Positions 41,804 through 53,399 of a stretch of DNA of 64,000 bases are shown here, one piece after another. The position numbers were made by a program, and so were the translations under genes. The notes below the pieces were generated by a model. That model made no database searches, was not told the DNA's origin, and saw only the letters and a program-made list of their open reading frames with translations. The stretch comes from Eledone cirrhosa. Its lineage: Eukaryota. Within the stretch, counting starts at the first letter, position 1; every line of letters starts with the position of its first letter. The stretch spans positions 294,748,001-294,812,000 of the forward strand of contig OZ024743.1 of NCBI GenBank assembly GCA_964016885.1, read 5' to 3'.

Positions 41804-43987
41804 AATAGAATAGAGGCCCAGCAACTGGGAGAAAAATCTGCAAATGGCTTGAGTAAGCTCATGCAGCGCTCGCGTAATGGAGAGATAGCATGCTTTCCAA
41901 CAGACAAGTCTGGCAGAATGTCGGTTGACAGCCTGCCAAACTACATCCAGGCAATGCAACCCCACATCACTAACACAAGAGAGGTAACACCACAGGAGCA
42001 TGGGGATAGAGAAAAAGCCCTCAATGCCCATATGGTGAAGTGGACGAATATAATGCAGCCCAACAAAAGGACTGCCAACAATTTCCAGGCCTGGAACAAT
42101 GACGTGCCGGCGTTGTATGGGCTTCGAAAAGACCATAAAACGGGCAGTGACCCTGTCGTGGGACCACCAACACGGCCAGTCTGTGGAGCTAACATTGCTA
42201 GTAACTACAGACTGTCCTACTTCCTCTCCCTGATCATACGCCCCATCATTGAAATGTCCCCAGATGTATGTGACAGCAGAATCGGCGAGAGTAACCGATC
42301 TAGGGACCTAACAAACTGCATAATAGGTAGTATGGATGTTGTGTCCCTGTATCCATCTATTGACGTGGATTTTGCTGTGGAGAAATGCGTAGAAATGATC
42401 AGTGAGAGCAATGTTGAGTTCCGTGGGATTGATACCAGTGAGCTGGGACTCCTACTTAAACTTACCTATAGTAATAATTACCTAGACACATATGACCTTA
42501 GCAACCTGTGCCCTACAAGACCAGCAAGAGGCAGACCACCTACCATTACCTCAATGGCCAAGAAAACCCACACAGATAGGTGGAACGGGTGGACCAGAGC
42601 CATACGGACACCCGAAAACCACGATGAACTGAAGAAAATGATTGCACATGCGCTAGGGGCCAGCATAAAACTAACCCTTAAGGAACATATGTTCAAATTT
42701 AATGGAAAAACATATGCCCAGGAGGAAGGAGCAGCCATTGGTGTTAGTATTGCAGGCGACATAGCTAACTTATTCATGGTATGGTGGGACTGTAGACTTA
42801 AACTTAAACTTAAAGAACAATTAGAAGACCCCTTAACCCTGATAATGTACTCCCGCTACGTTGATGATATAAACATCGTAGTTAATACACCCCCACTAGA
42901 GAACAGTCAGGAACTAGAGAAAAACACAATGGAAAGCATCCAGCAAATAGCTAACTCCATCCATCAGAGCATTAGAGTTACTATAGACTACCCAAGTAAA
43001 CACCCCAACCATCGATTACCTGTACTAGACACAGAGCTCTGGTTAGATACCATTAATAACATAAAACAAATCATCCATTCCCATTATGCCAAACCCATGA
43101 CTTCCAAACATCTGATCCACCGAAACTCGGCCCTTTCGGACCTTACGAAAATCAACATACTGATTGCGGATTTGGTACGGGTGATGAGAAACGTGTCCCG
43201 CATGTGCAATCCCGAAGAACTAGAGAGACACATACAACACTTCATCCACCGTATGCAGTTCTCTGGCTACAATCAGAGAGATAAAATCAAAGTGTATAGA
43301 GGAGCCAGAACCAAGTGGGAAAAAATGGTAAATAATGACATAAATGGGACTTGCCCCCTGTATAGGAGCAAATTTTGGAATAAAATAGAAAGAACTAGGA
43401 ACAAGGCTAATAGAATAAACTCATGGTATGATAGCAATAAATACCAGAGTGTAATATTCATCGATACAACCCCTAGAGGTGAATTAGCTTACAAATTTAG
43501 AAGGGCCCTAGATAAACATAAAGTCAATATTAAGATAGTAGAAAGACCAGGTACCTCCGTAAAAACTCTTATTAGCAAGACATACCCTTTTCAAAGACCC
43601 TTATATCTAGATAAGAAATGTATAACCTGTAAAATAAGCCCCTATCTTTACTGTAAAACTAGAAATGTAGTGTATAGCATAAGATGTACTGAAGGACAAT
43701 GTAGAGACAAAAATATAGTGTACATAGGTGAGACAGCTTGTAGTGTAGGGGAACGGATAAATGAACACTGGCGAGACCTTCAAGATAGTAAAGAATCATC
43801 TGTACTCTACCAACATGCTAAAATAGAACACAAGGGTAAATTAGAGAACATAGGAATAAAAATAGAATCTACGCACAGAAAATACGCAATGTTTAGACAA
43901 ATCACAGAGGCAATAAACATAAAAGAATTACAACCAAAATTAAATAGAAAATATGAGTGGAACATCAACATCACAACTTACAATTAA
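41804..43987 (+). CDS. PLE reverse transcriptase-GIY-YIG endonuclease, 5'-truncated but uninterrupted (~727 aa)
   Basis: TDKSG, RPVCGA, GSMDVVSLYPSI, GAAIGVSIAGDIANLFM, YSRYVDD, LPVLD, CITC...CKTRNVVYSIRC...YIGET...ERINEH. The first 27 aa of the track ORF come from the antisense inverted copy. Confidence 0.9.
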   Translation, partial: NRIEAQQLGEKSANGLSKLMQRSRNGEIACFPTDKSGRMSVDSLPNYIQAMQPHITNTREVTPQEHGDREKALNAHMVKWTNIMQPNKRTANNFQAWNNDVPALYGLRKDHKTGSDPVVGPPTRPVCGANIASNYRLSYFLSLIIRPIIEMSPDVCDSRIGESNRSRDLTNCIIGSMDVVSLYPSIDVDFAVEKCVEMISESNVEFRGIDTSELGLLLKLTYSNNYLDTYDLSNLCPTRPARGRPPTITSMAKKTHTDRWNGWTRAIRTPENHDELKKMIAHALGASIKLTLKEHMFKFNGKTYAQEEGAAIGVSIAGDIANLFMVWWDCRLKLKLKEQLEDPLTLIMYSRYVDDINIVVNTPPLENSQELEKNTMESIQQIANSIHQSIRVTIDYPSKHPNHRLPVLDTELWLDTINNIKQIIHSHYAKPMTSKHLIHRNSALSDLTKINILIADLVRVMRNVSRMCNPEELERHIQHFIHRMQFSGYNQRDKIKVYRGARTKWEKMVNNDINGTCPLYRSKFWNKIERTRNKANRINSWYDSNKYQSVIFIDTTPRGELAYKFRRALDKHKVNIKIVERPGTSVKTLISKTYPFQRPLYLDKKCITCKISPYLYCKTRNVVYSIRCTEGQCRDKNIVYIGETACSVGERINEHWRDLQDSKESSVLYQHAKIEHKGKLENIGIKIESTHRKYAMFRQITEAINIKELQPKLNRKYEWNINITTYN

Positions 43988-44044
43988 GGACAAAATGAAA
44001 ACACACACACACATTATGGTGGGTTTTCTACTTTCAGTACTATA

Positions 44045-44240
44045 TATATATATAATTGATATTAATAAATGGAAACTATATTTATAAAACCATATTTATT
44101 CTATTATATATATTTCAAGGGTACCAAAATTTTGGTACGCTCTCATCATATAAAATACAAAGTTTGTTTTATAAATATTGACATATCCAGGAATGAGACT
44201 TTAACTGTTCAAGTTTCACCTGGACTATCCAGGTGAAACT
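44045..44240 (-). mobile_element. 3' end of the 3727-5949 Naiad-like family with degenerate HHR (~44099-44155)
   Basis: Reverse complement resembles ~5660-5850; core reads ATGATGA (C3 changed to A). Confidence 0.78.
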
Positions 44241-45026
44241 TGAATTGCTCCCTAATTAAATTAATTAAATTACTTAAATTACTTAAATTATTGTATCTAT
44301 TATGCCTAAGTTGTATCTGCTGAACCAGCCCTTTGAAAATTCCTCGGATATCCCAAATACCGTAATTTTTACCTTTTTATGTATAGTTTTCCTCTATTCG
44401 TTTTTATATATATCCTTAAAGGCTCTCTAAAATTTTAATTCTTCGAAGGGTCTCTCGGAGGAGGTTCCTATTAAAAATATTAAAGGGGCCTTTTCTGAGA
44501 GAACTATAGAAGGCTCTTTGAATTAACCTTTAATTGATTAGTTTCTTTCAACTTATTAGGGAATATCAAAACTTCGTAAGTTTTCTGATATTTGTAAACG
44601 TGATCTCGGGGGAAGAAAGTTTTTTTCTTTCGGAAAAAAACTTTTTTCTCTCGAAGGAATTTTCATAGGAAACTTTATATATTTTTTTAGGGAAACTTTA
44701 TATTTTTATTTTTTATTTTATTAGCCTCTTAATTTCTTCTAGTTTAGTAGGTTTATTGGAGCCTGTAAGCTTTATGCACTTACTGAGGGATTTTTTAAGG
44801 TGCTTCTACGGGACCCCAGGTCTTTTAGTTTACTGTTAATGCGTAAATTATATATTATCTAATGTTTAACCTTCAATCCCTGACCCCGACAACTAATATA
44901 AAAGAGCCCCCTTAGAATATAGACCCCAACTATACAAGCCGAGCTGCTGATGTATACCACAATTTCAAACTGCTAGCGATGAGTGATGCGTTGATGTAGA
45001 TAATGATCTTACAGTCACATGTTGTA

Positions 45027-45073
45027 TGCCTTGAAAAGTCCCGCCATGTGGTCGGACGAAACGGCTGTCGGCA
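45027..45073 (+). ncRNA. Hammerhead ribozyme, U3-A8 core variant (second family)
   Basis: TGCC TTGAAAA GTCC-c-GCCA tg TGGT-c-GGAC GAAAC GGCT GTC GGCA, followed by AATAAA and (TA)n at 45121. Confidence 0.8.
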
Positions 45074-45116
45074 ATAAACTTGTTGTAATGTCATAATTGT
45101 TCCTTTGTTCTTTTTC

Positions 45117-45148
<32 letters not shown>

Positions 45149-45828
45149 TTCGTTTCTGAATTTGCTTAGCAAGATTCTTTATCTGAAAACGTCTGTTGAA
45201 AGCGATATTGTAATGCTTTGGGAGGGTCATGATGCCAATAAGAAACACACGCACCAGTAACTTTCACTCCAATTCATTATGAATTAAATTTATGAATTTA
45301 CGAATTCATAAATTTCCAGTTGGATGGTTCCACAACCAGGCGATTGTTCATATATTGTCAAAGTTCTTTCGTCACATATTCTGTGACCTCTTCAGTGACT
45401 GTGGATTATTTTCTTTGTTTTTGTGCCTCTCCTTTGTTCTGTCCTACGCCATCTTGTTTTTCTGTGTGTTGTGTGCTTAGTTTGCGCATGTGTTACATCC
45501 CGGTGTCTGTGTGTGTTTATATTTGGTTATTTATTTGTTTATTTACATGTTACTGGTTGGTTGTTTGTTCTATGTGTGTGTGTGTTTTCATCCTGTCCTT
45601 AATTGTAAGTTGTGATGTTGCTATTTTATTTATGTTTTCTATTTAATTTTGGTTGGAGTTCATTTATGTTTATTGCCTCTGTGATTTGTCAAAACATTGC
45701 GTCTTTTCTGTGTGTAGATTCTATTTTTATATCTATGTTCTCTAATTTACCCTTATGTTCTATTTTAGCATGTTGGTGGAGTACAAATTATTCTTTACTA
45801 TATTGAAGCTCTCGCCAGTGTTCATTTA
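45149..45828 (-). mobile_element. Second, more diverged 3'-end copy of the 41084 PLE family
   Basis: Colinear with 41084-41764 and has the same terminus in (TA)n. Confidence 0.9.
45357..45399 (-). ncRNA. Minimal hammerhead ribozyme in pLTR
   Basis: Minus strand reads GTCA CTGAAGA G-GTCACA gaata TGTGAC GAAA GAAC TT TGAC. Confidence 0.82.
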
Positions 45829-48800
45829 AATTGTGGTTATGTAACCATACATTCACCAATCCTCGATATGAGTGTTTAAATATCGAACATAAACATTTCG
45901 AATAACGCAGAAGAGGAGACTGGAACGTCATGTGACAGACTCTCACCGAGCAAGTGAGCCCTGGCCCAGCAACAGCGACCTGGCTGTCATCCAAATAGTG
46001 CTGGTGTTGGAGGAAGAAGAAGGAAAGGGACAAGAACCAACAGGACGAATGAATTGAATAGAACCAAAAGGAAAAAGGCTATATGAAACGGATGCATAAC
46101 ATATGGAACGAGATTGGTCTATTTAAATTAGATGAAAAAAAATTGGCCGGGCAGGCTCGGGTAATAAGAACTAATGCATGGATAAGCGAGTTGGAACTGG
46201 AGGAACTGAGCAGAGACATTAGTTTACAAATGTAGAGTGGAGTATGTCAGACAAACGAGCCAGTGGGAATGAAGGTGAAGAGGTTCAGAGACCTGAGGAA
46301 GCATCCGAAGCAGACAATGATCTGAATGCTGAAATAAGTAATACCCGTAACAAAGATACGGCCATTGAGGAGATGAATGCTGACGGGCTAGGACAAGATT
46401 TGGTTGATATCCTAAACTTAGTGGTAGATTAAATGAACAATGATAGTGGGAAACCTATGAACCTAAGTTTTGTAGACAGGAAAAGGTTAAAAGCAACAAC
46501 AGCTAAGGTAAACAAAGTCATCCCATACCTTGAAGCTAGGAACCTTCACCAATGCAACAATATCCTCAAAGCAACAGCAAATGCGGTGAGGCATAAAAAC
46601 GAGAGGAAACAACAAAAAAGAAAGATCAGGACCTTGGTGGAAGAAGCAACTGAATGGTCAAATCAAGGAAATGAAAAATGACATTGGAAATCTTGAGTCC
46701 CTACTGAATGGGACACTAAAAAACATAGACACTAAAAATAGACTGGAAATAAAGTACAAAACTAGGAGGAAAAAGCTAAAAATCATCATAGAGGAACTGA
46801 AGCAGCGTATTGTACAAAGAGTGCAAAGATTAGGCGGTATGAGAGCAGATTCAGTCAGTATAGACAGAACCGCAGGTTTGACAACAACCAGAAGACGTTC
46901 TTTGGACAGCTTGAAGGGAAAGAAAGAGGCAACGACTTGATGCCTAAGGCGGAACAGACTAAGACAATCTGGAGAGGAATATGGGAGCAGGAGTTGAACA
47001 TAATGATTAGGCAGTGTGGATTGAGACAGTACAAAAGAAGATTAGTGAACAAGCACACCAACAAACTGATTTGAGTATCACAGTTGAAACTCTTAAAGGG
47101 CAGGCCAAAAAACTAACCGACTCGAAATCACCTGGCCCTGATGGTGTGCAGGGGTATTGGATCAAAAATATAACATCCTTCCACCCGAAACTGACAACCA
47201 TGTTCAATGAGTGCTTGATCTCGGGTGAGGTACCAGAGTGGTTGACAAAAGGTACCACAGTTCTGATAATGAAAGACTGAATCAAGGGTAATGATGTTAC
47301 CAACTATAGACCTATCACATGTCTGTCCGTAATGTGGAAACTGTTGACAAGCATTATGTCTGAGGGAATCTACCATCACCTCCACACAAAAAACTTATTA
47401 CCGGACGAACAGAAAGGATGCCGAAAGAAGTCCCGTGGTACAAATGACCAGTTACTTATTGATAAGATGGTAATGAGGAATTGCAAGAGGAGACACACTG
47501 GTCTTGCCATGGGATGGATAGACTACAAAAAGGCATTTGACATGGTGCCTCATTCTTGGATCACCAAAAACCTAGAGATCTTCAAGGTGGCAGATAACAT
47601 CAGACAGTTGTTGGGCAAAAGTATGAAGTCCTGGAAAACAGAGTTAACATCAGCTGGAGAATCCTTGGGAGGCGTGAAGATCAAGAGAGGTATCTTCCAG
47701 GGAGATAGTCTGTCCCCGCTGTTGTTTGTCCTTGCCCTGATGCCCCTGACCATTACACTGCGACAAGTGAGAGCAGGATACACGTTGGGAAAGGGAGAGC
47801 TTACCATCAATCACCTCCTCTTCATGGACGATCTTAAGCTCTTCGGGAAGAGTGAGAAGGAGTTAGATGTGCTTGTTGACACTGTCCGTATTTTCAGCAA
47901 TGATATATGTATGCAATTTGGTATTAGTAAGTGTGGAGTCCTTGTGATGAAGAGGGGTAAATTGAGCAGAAGCAACGGAATCCAGGTACCAACAGGTGAG
48001 ATGATAAAGGAAATTGACACAGGAGAAGGATACAATTATTTGGGTGTTCTGAAGGCTGATGACATCAAGAACAAAAACTTGAGGTAATTGATAAGATCTG
48101 AATACATTCGGAGGGAAAGGAGCGTATTGAAGTCACATCTGAACAGTAGGAATGCCATAATTGCAGTAAATTCCCGAGCTGTGTCTATTATTAGGTACAG
48201 TGCGGGAATTCTGAGATGGAATGTTGCTGAACAAAAGAGATAGGAAGACTAGGAAGCTATTGACTATCTACAACATGTTCCACAAGAGGAGTGATGTCGA
48301 TAGAATCTACTTAAGGAGATCTGAAGGAGGAAGAGGTCTTATCAGCATAGAGGACTGTGTTCAGATGGAGAAAAACAACCTACACAAATACGTGACTGAT
48401 AGTAAGGAGCCAATGCTCAGAACTGTACTGAAGGAGAAAACAATAGACCAGGAGATGTCCAGGGAGGAAATAACACCAAGGAGAAAGAGCAGCCTTCATG
48501 AAAAATCCCTTCATAGTACCTTCTTTGAGAAAACTGAATTCAGAGATCCACAGACATGGAACTGGTTGAAAAGAGGAGACCTTAAAAAGGCTACAGAAGG
48601 AATGCTAATGGCTGCGCAAGAGCAGGCGCTCAAAACGAAGTGGTTGAAACACTATATTTACAAGGATGAGGCTAGCCCACTGTGCAGGATCTGTGGAGAG
48701 AGAGAGGAGACTGTGGCTCACATTGTATCAGAGTGTAACAACCTAGCCCAGACTCACTATAAGGGCTGGAAACATGATGTGATGGGCAGGGTGATCCACT

Positions 48801-49332
48801 GGCACCTGTGCAAAGTAAACAATTTACCAAATTCTGAGAAGTGGTATGAGCATAAGCCAGAGTCGGTGATAGAAAACGATCAGGTGAAGGTGCTGTGGGA
48901 TTTTAGGATACAGACGGACAAGAAACTGGAACACAATAGACCTGACCTGGAGGTTTTGGACAAAGAAAAAATATCGTGCCTGATTGTGGATGTGGACTGC
49001 CCATTTGACACGAGAGTGCAAGAGAAGGAGCGGGAGAAAATTAACCGATATTAGGACTTAAAGTGGGCGGTAAAAAGGATTTGGAACTGCCTTGAAGTCA
49101 AAGTGGTCCCGATTATCATAGGCGCACTAGGTACTATCTCAAAAAGAAAATTGGCCCTGCCCCGCTCTTTGGAACATTGAAATGGCATGCTTGCTGGGAA
49201 CAGCAAGAACCCTCCGATACGTCCTGAATATCTGAGGCTGCAGGTAGTGGCTTGATATTCATTTCAACAAAGTTTCTAGTTAACTAACATCAATGACTGA
49301 GACTAACATAACAATAATAATAATAATAACAA
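45829..49332 (+). mobile_element. Decayed R4/Dong-clade non-LTR retrotransposon (RT + CCHC + restriction-like endonuclease)
   Basis: [66 protein letters not shown]...RPDL...IVD. Stop at 49233-49235, 3' hairpin 49226-49260, (TAA)n tail. Confidence 0.92.
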
Positions 49333-49548
49333 TATTAATATTAAATCTGGAAACTAAAATCCAAAGAGGGCTCGATAAGGATAAATATATTTCAAATATA
49401 TAAGAAACCTAGAGAAAATATTTATTAAAATAGCAGATTAAAGTTTAAGCAAAGGATGGCCTGATTTTACCCTTAACGTGATCTTCTGAAACTAAAAATA
49501 TCAATTTGTGAATGCAGAAGTAAATATTTTGAGAAACGCTGTAACCGT

Positions 49549-49638
<90 letters not shown>

Positions 49639-49688
49639 TAATGAAATGACAGGAGGCTGGATTTGTGTAAATCCTTGAAAGGTTTATT

Positions 49689-49746
49689 ATACTATGATCA
49701 TTTCAATGACCGGGTTCCGTATGAGTCCGGTGATATCATTAGGTAT
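49689..49746 (-). ncRNA. Degenerate hammerhead ribozyme (G5 changed to A)
   Basis: Minus strand reads ATAC CTAATGA ..ACCGG...CCGGT.. GAAA TGATCA TA GTAT, followed by AATAAA; lies ~50 nt from (TA)n. Confidence 0.65.
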
Positions 49747-49886
49747 TCGAAATATAATACGTGAATGTAATAGATAAATCCATGGGGCTGAAAATCGAGG
49801 GCTGAAAATCGAGTACTCTCTATATTATTACATTACGATTGACCATACGGAATAGACCAGCTCTATACAGTGGTGAACCTCAAACC

Positions 49887-49928
<42 letters not shown>

Positions 49929-50008
49929 AACTTGGCGTGCGTCTTATTTGTGTAATCATATTGCCAGAATTAATAACAGAACACACTCACTGTTTGGTTG
50001 CTTTTCGC

Positions 50009-50068
<60 letters not shown>

Positions 50069-50211
50069 AAGAGTTGAACAAGATTCAATGAGTATATCAA
50101 AGAATGAGTTTTACAATATATTGGAAGCACTCTATGGTAAATAATTTTCCAGAGTTATTAATATTAAAATACAAATATTAATAAAATAGATATTCTTTTG
50201 ATCAATTACAT

Positions 50212-50260
50212 TTTATTATACATATTTCGGATGTACAACAGTACGTCCTCGTCAGACAAA
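50212..50260 (-). ncRNA. Type I hammerhead ribozyme (mirror copy)
   Basis: Exact reverse complement of 50359-50407. Confidence 0.85.
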
Positions 50261-50358
50261 ATATAATGATACATGACATACGCTGAGATGTTAAATGGTT
50301 TAGATGTAATCAAGATTTAACCATTTAACATCTCAGGGTATGTCATGTATCATTATAA

Positions 50359-50407
50359 TTTGTCTGACGAGGACGTACTGTTGTACATCCGAAATATGTA
50401 TAATAAA
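50359..50407 (+). ncRNA. Type I hammerhead ribozyme
   Basis: TTTGT CTGACGA GGACGTAC tgtt GTACATCC GAAA TATGTA TA ATAAA. Confidence 0.85.
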
Positions 50408-50753
50408 ATGTAATTGATCAAAAGAACATCTATTTTATTAATATTTGAATTTTAGTATATATATTAATTAACGACGGGCAAATCCAACCTTTTGGAGGAC
50501 CACATGTAACTTACGAGCAAGAGGGTTCGATAATATCGTTGAGCTCGGTTATTCACGCCTGGCGAAGCAACTGTACAAACGGCCAAATTCATCTCGGCAC
50601 AGTTTGACCAAGCATTGCAAAGAGGCTGAATCTTTACCAAAAGGCATTTTATGGAGTTGACAGTAAAAAGGTTCTATGTGTCATTAAATGTATGTGTTTG
50701 TTTATACGTCTGGATTTTCTGAAGGATGTGAGTATATAAATGAATAAATATAC

Positions 50754-50814
<61 letters not shown>

Positions 50815-51158
50815 AACATATATATCCCTCTGTTTAATTTTTTGTTTGTTTCTTTTTATACATATTAAAAAAATGTTCGATCTACATGGCTGCTGAATAC
50901 AATAAATGTAATCTGAGTTTTTCGAATGTATATGTGTATATATATTATATTTAGAGTTATAAACTCAAACAGTCTTTTACAATTAATTACCTCAAAGAAA
51001 GAAGCATTTCTGAGCCGTGAAATACAATCTTGAAATTCAATCTATCTAACTTGGTCGTTTACATTGCAAACGCTTATATGTTTATATTGGTGTTTATCAT
51101 ATATTAATTTATATTAACTTGTATGTGTATATATATATATTTTCAAAATTATACAGCG

Positions 51159-51257
51159 GCTGATCGGCCTGATTTGCATATTAGCAGAATGGCCGATCAG
51201 TCAGATCTGCATATTAGCAGATCCACTGATCAGCCAGATTTGCTTATCAGCAGACTG
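51159..51257 (+). repeat. Three tandem 33-bp units
   Basis: Unit ~(G/A)C(T/C)GATC(G/A)G(C/T)C(T/A)GAT(T/C)TGC(A/T)TAT(T/C)AGCAGA... Confidence 0.8.
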
Positions 51258-51379
51258 GCCCCTCAGTTTCCTGTATACGAGCGACAAATGGCCGACTTTG
51301 CCAAATTCAAATTTAAAAAATTTCGCTCTACATGGCTGAATACAATAAATGAAATCTGAGTTTTTCGAATATTAATAAT

Positions 51380-51565
51380 TGTTTCTACTTTAGGCACAAG
51401 GCCAGCAATTACCCAGTGCATTACTAGTACTTTATTTTATCAATCCCGTAAGGACGAAAGGCAAAGTCAACCTCGGCGGGATTTGAACTCAGATCATAAA
51501 GGGACGTAACTATGCTGGAAAGCATGGCGTCCGACCCTCTACCGATACTGCCAATCAACCGCCTT
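51380..51565 (-). mobile_element. Full-length tRNA-derived SINE (OK-like) with 13-bp TSD
   Basis: A box TGGCAGTATCGG, B box GAGTTCAAATCC; TSD GAATATTAATAAT at 51367-51379 and 51566-51578. Confidence 0.9.
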
Positions 51566-51678
51566 GAATATTAATAATAACATTCGATTCGTTTGCAATT
51601 ATGCAAACAAGCCTCATTTTCAAATCCATGTCAGTAGAATGAACCCTTCAATCTTGCTCTTGTGTTGGTATGTAAACA

Positions 51679-51728
51679 GAACTGCAGACACTAATGTTTC
51701 TGGGTACCACCCGTCATCAGTACAGCTC
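51679..51728 (-). ncRNA. Type I hammerhead ribozyme (mirror copy)
   Basis: Minus strand reads GAGCTGTA CTGATGA c-GGGT ggt ACCC-a GAAAC ATTAGT GTC TGCAGTTC. Confidence 0.9.
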
Positions 51729-51823
51729 ACCCTTCACCTGCCAACTGTCAGAGTATCAGTCACTGTATAATTTTGAAAATAGCATATATTTTCACTAGTT
51801 CTGACAGGTGGCAGGTGAACAGT

Positions 51824-51873
51824 GAGCTGTACTGATGAAGGGTGATACCCAGAAACATTAGTGTCTGCAGTTC
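51824..51873 (+). ncRNA. Type I hammerhead ribozyme
   Basis: GAGCTGTA CTGATGA a-GGGT gat ACCC-a GAAAC ATTAGT GTC TGCAGTTC; 8-bp stem I. Confidence 0.9.
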
Positions 51874-52023
51874 TGTTTACATGCCAACACGAGAGCAAGA
51901 ATGAAGGGTTCATTCTACTCACATGGATTTCAAAATGAGGCTTGTTGGCATAATTGCAAACGAATCGAATGTTATTATTAATATTCGAAAAACACAGATT
52001 ACATTTATTATATATATATATAT

Positions 52024-52154
52024 ATATATTAAGATAGGGGGGAAGAAAAAATGGCTTCGCTTGTGCTTTCAACAAATTTATTTTCTTCACGAAGAAAATA
52101 AATCTGTTGAAAGCACAAGTGAAGCCATTTTTTCTTTCCCCCTATCTTAATATA
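52024..52154. repeat. Nearly spacerless palindrome (~64-bp arms) next to (TA)n
   Basis: Centre TTTTCTTC-AC-GAAGAAAA; the arms carry HHR-like remnants (TGAAGA...GAAA). Confidence 0.85.
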
Positions 52155-52417
52155 CCTAACTGTACCAAGGATTACACACATTTTCCAATATATATATATA
52201 TATATATGCATATGCCTAATGATACTTTCTATTCAGTTTACAGATACAGTATTATAGATAGTTATATGGACGGGGGATATATTTGTGTAAAAGCGGTCAA
52301 TATTTACATATTAAAACTACATAAAAGCAGTCGGATAAATAGGAGGAAATAGCTCATAACTGTTGGTCTTTCTATGCGTAGAAGCTTTTCTCATTAAATG
52401 CACGCCCGTATATATAG

Positions 52418-52470
<53 letters not shown>

Positions 52471-52479
52471 CACACACAC

Positions 52480-52511
<32 letters not shown>

Positions 52512-52582
52512 GTAAGAATATGTATATAAATACACACACACATACACACACACATATATATATACATATATATATATATATA

Positions 52583-52657
<75 letters not shown>

Positions 52658-53399
52658 ACATATATTTAGAATCTATATTTCAAGTGACTGTCAATTGTTG
52701 TTTGATTTTTGTATATCATATAACTAGTGTGCTAGTTTTTATATGACTTTATGATGAAGCTTATTGTTAATATAGAAATATATTTCCGACCTAAGAGGCA
52801 ACTATTGGTTGAACATTTAATAATATTCTTCCATTATTAACCATATCTTTTTAACTGTATTTTTAAATCCTCCTATAGTAAATACTCATTATTTATATTG
52901 CAATATACAATACCAATTTTCTAACGTTGGCTGCATTAGTTTTTCAAAGTTCAGTTTAATCAGATAGTGAGAGGCTCTTGGGCACAGTCAAATAATCATA
53001 TATAATTAAACACACACACACACACACGCACACGCACACATATATATATATATGGGTGGTGTTATGCGCGCGCGCACGTGTGTGTATGTGTGTGTGTGTG
53101 TGTGTGCATGTGTGTGTGTATGTGTGTTATATAGAAAGCTTGGCGAAAGCTCGTATTTCCACACAGAGAACGTACTCAATACATATTTGTTATATGGAGA
53201 CAATATTTCAAAAGAAGCTGAAGTTTTTTTAATCGTCATTTTCATTTGTTAAGATACCTCATATTTGCGTATACACACATGAGCACACACGTGATATTTT
53301 CAATATTAATCTACCAGATAGAAACCTGCACATTAGAATTTGTTCTTGCTTCTTGATGATACATTAGCCTTGAGAAAGAAAATGAAGTTTTATAAAGCC

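Larger units (their letters stand above)
50161..50459. mobile_element. Fold-back element (~140-bp arms) with an intact HHR on each strand
   Basis: 50161-50300 is the reverse complement of ~50319-50459. Confidence 0.88.
51344..52009. mobile_element. Fold-back element with an intact HHR on each arm; left arm interrupted by a SINE
   Basis: 51566-51752 is the reverse complement of 51797-51987, and the symmetry resumes at 51344-51379 versus 51974-52009. Confidence 0.88.
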
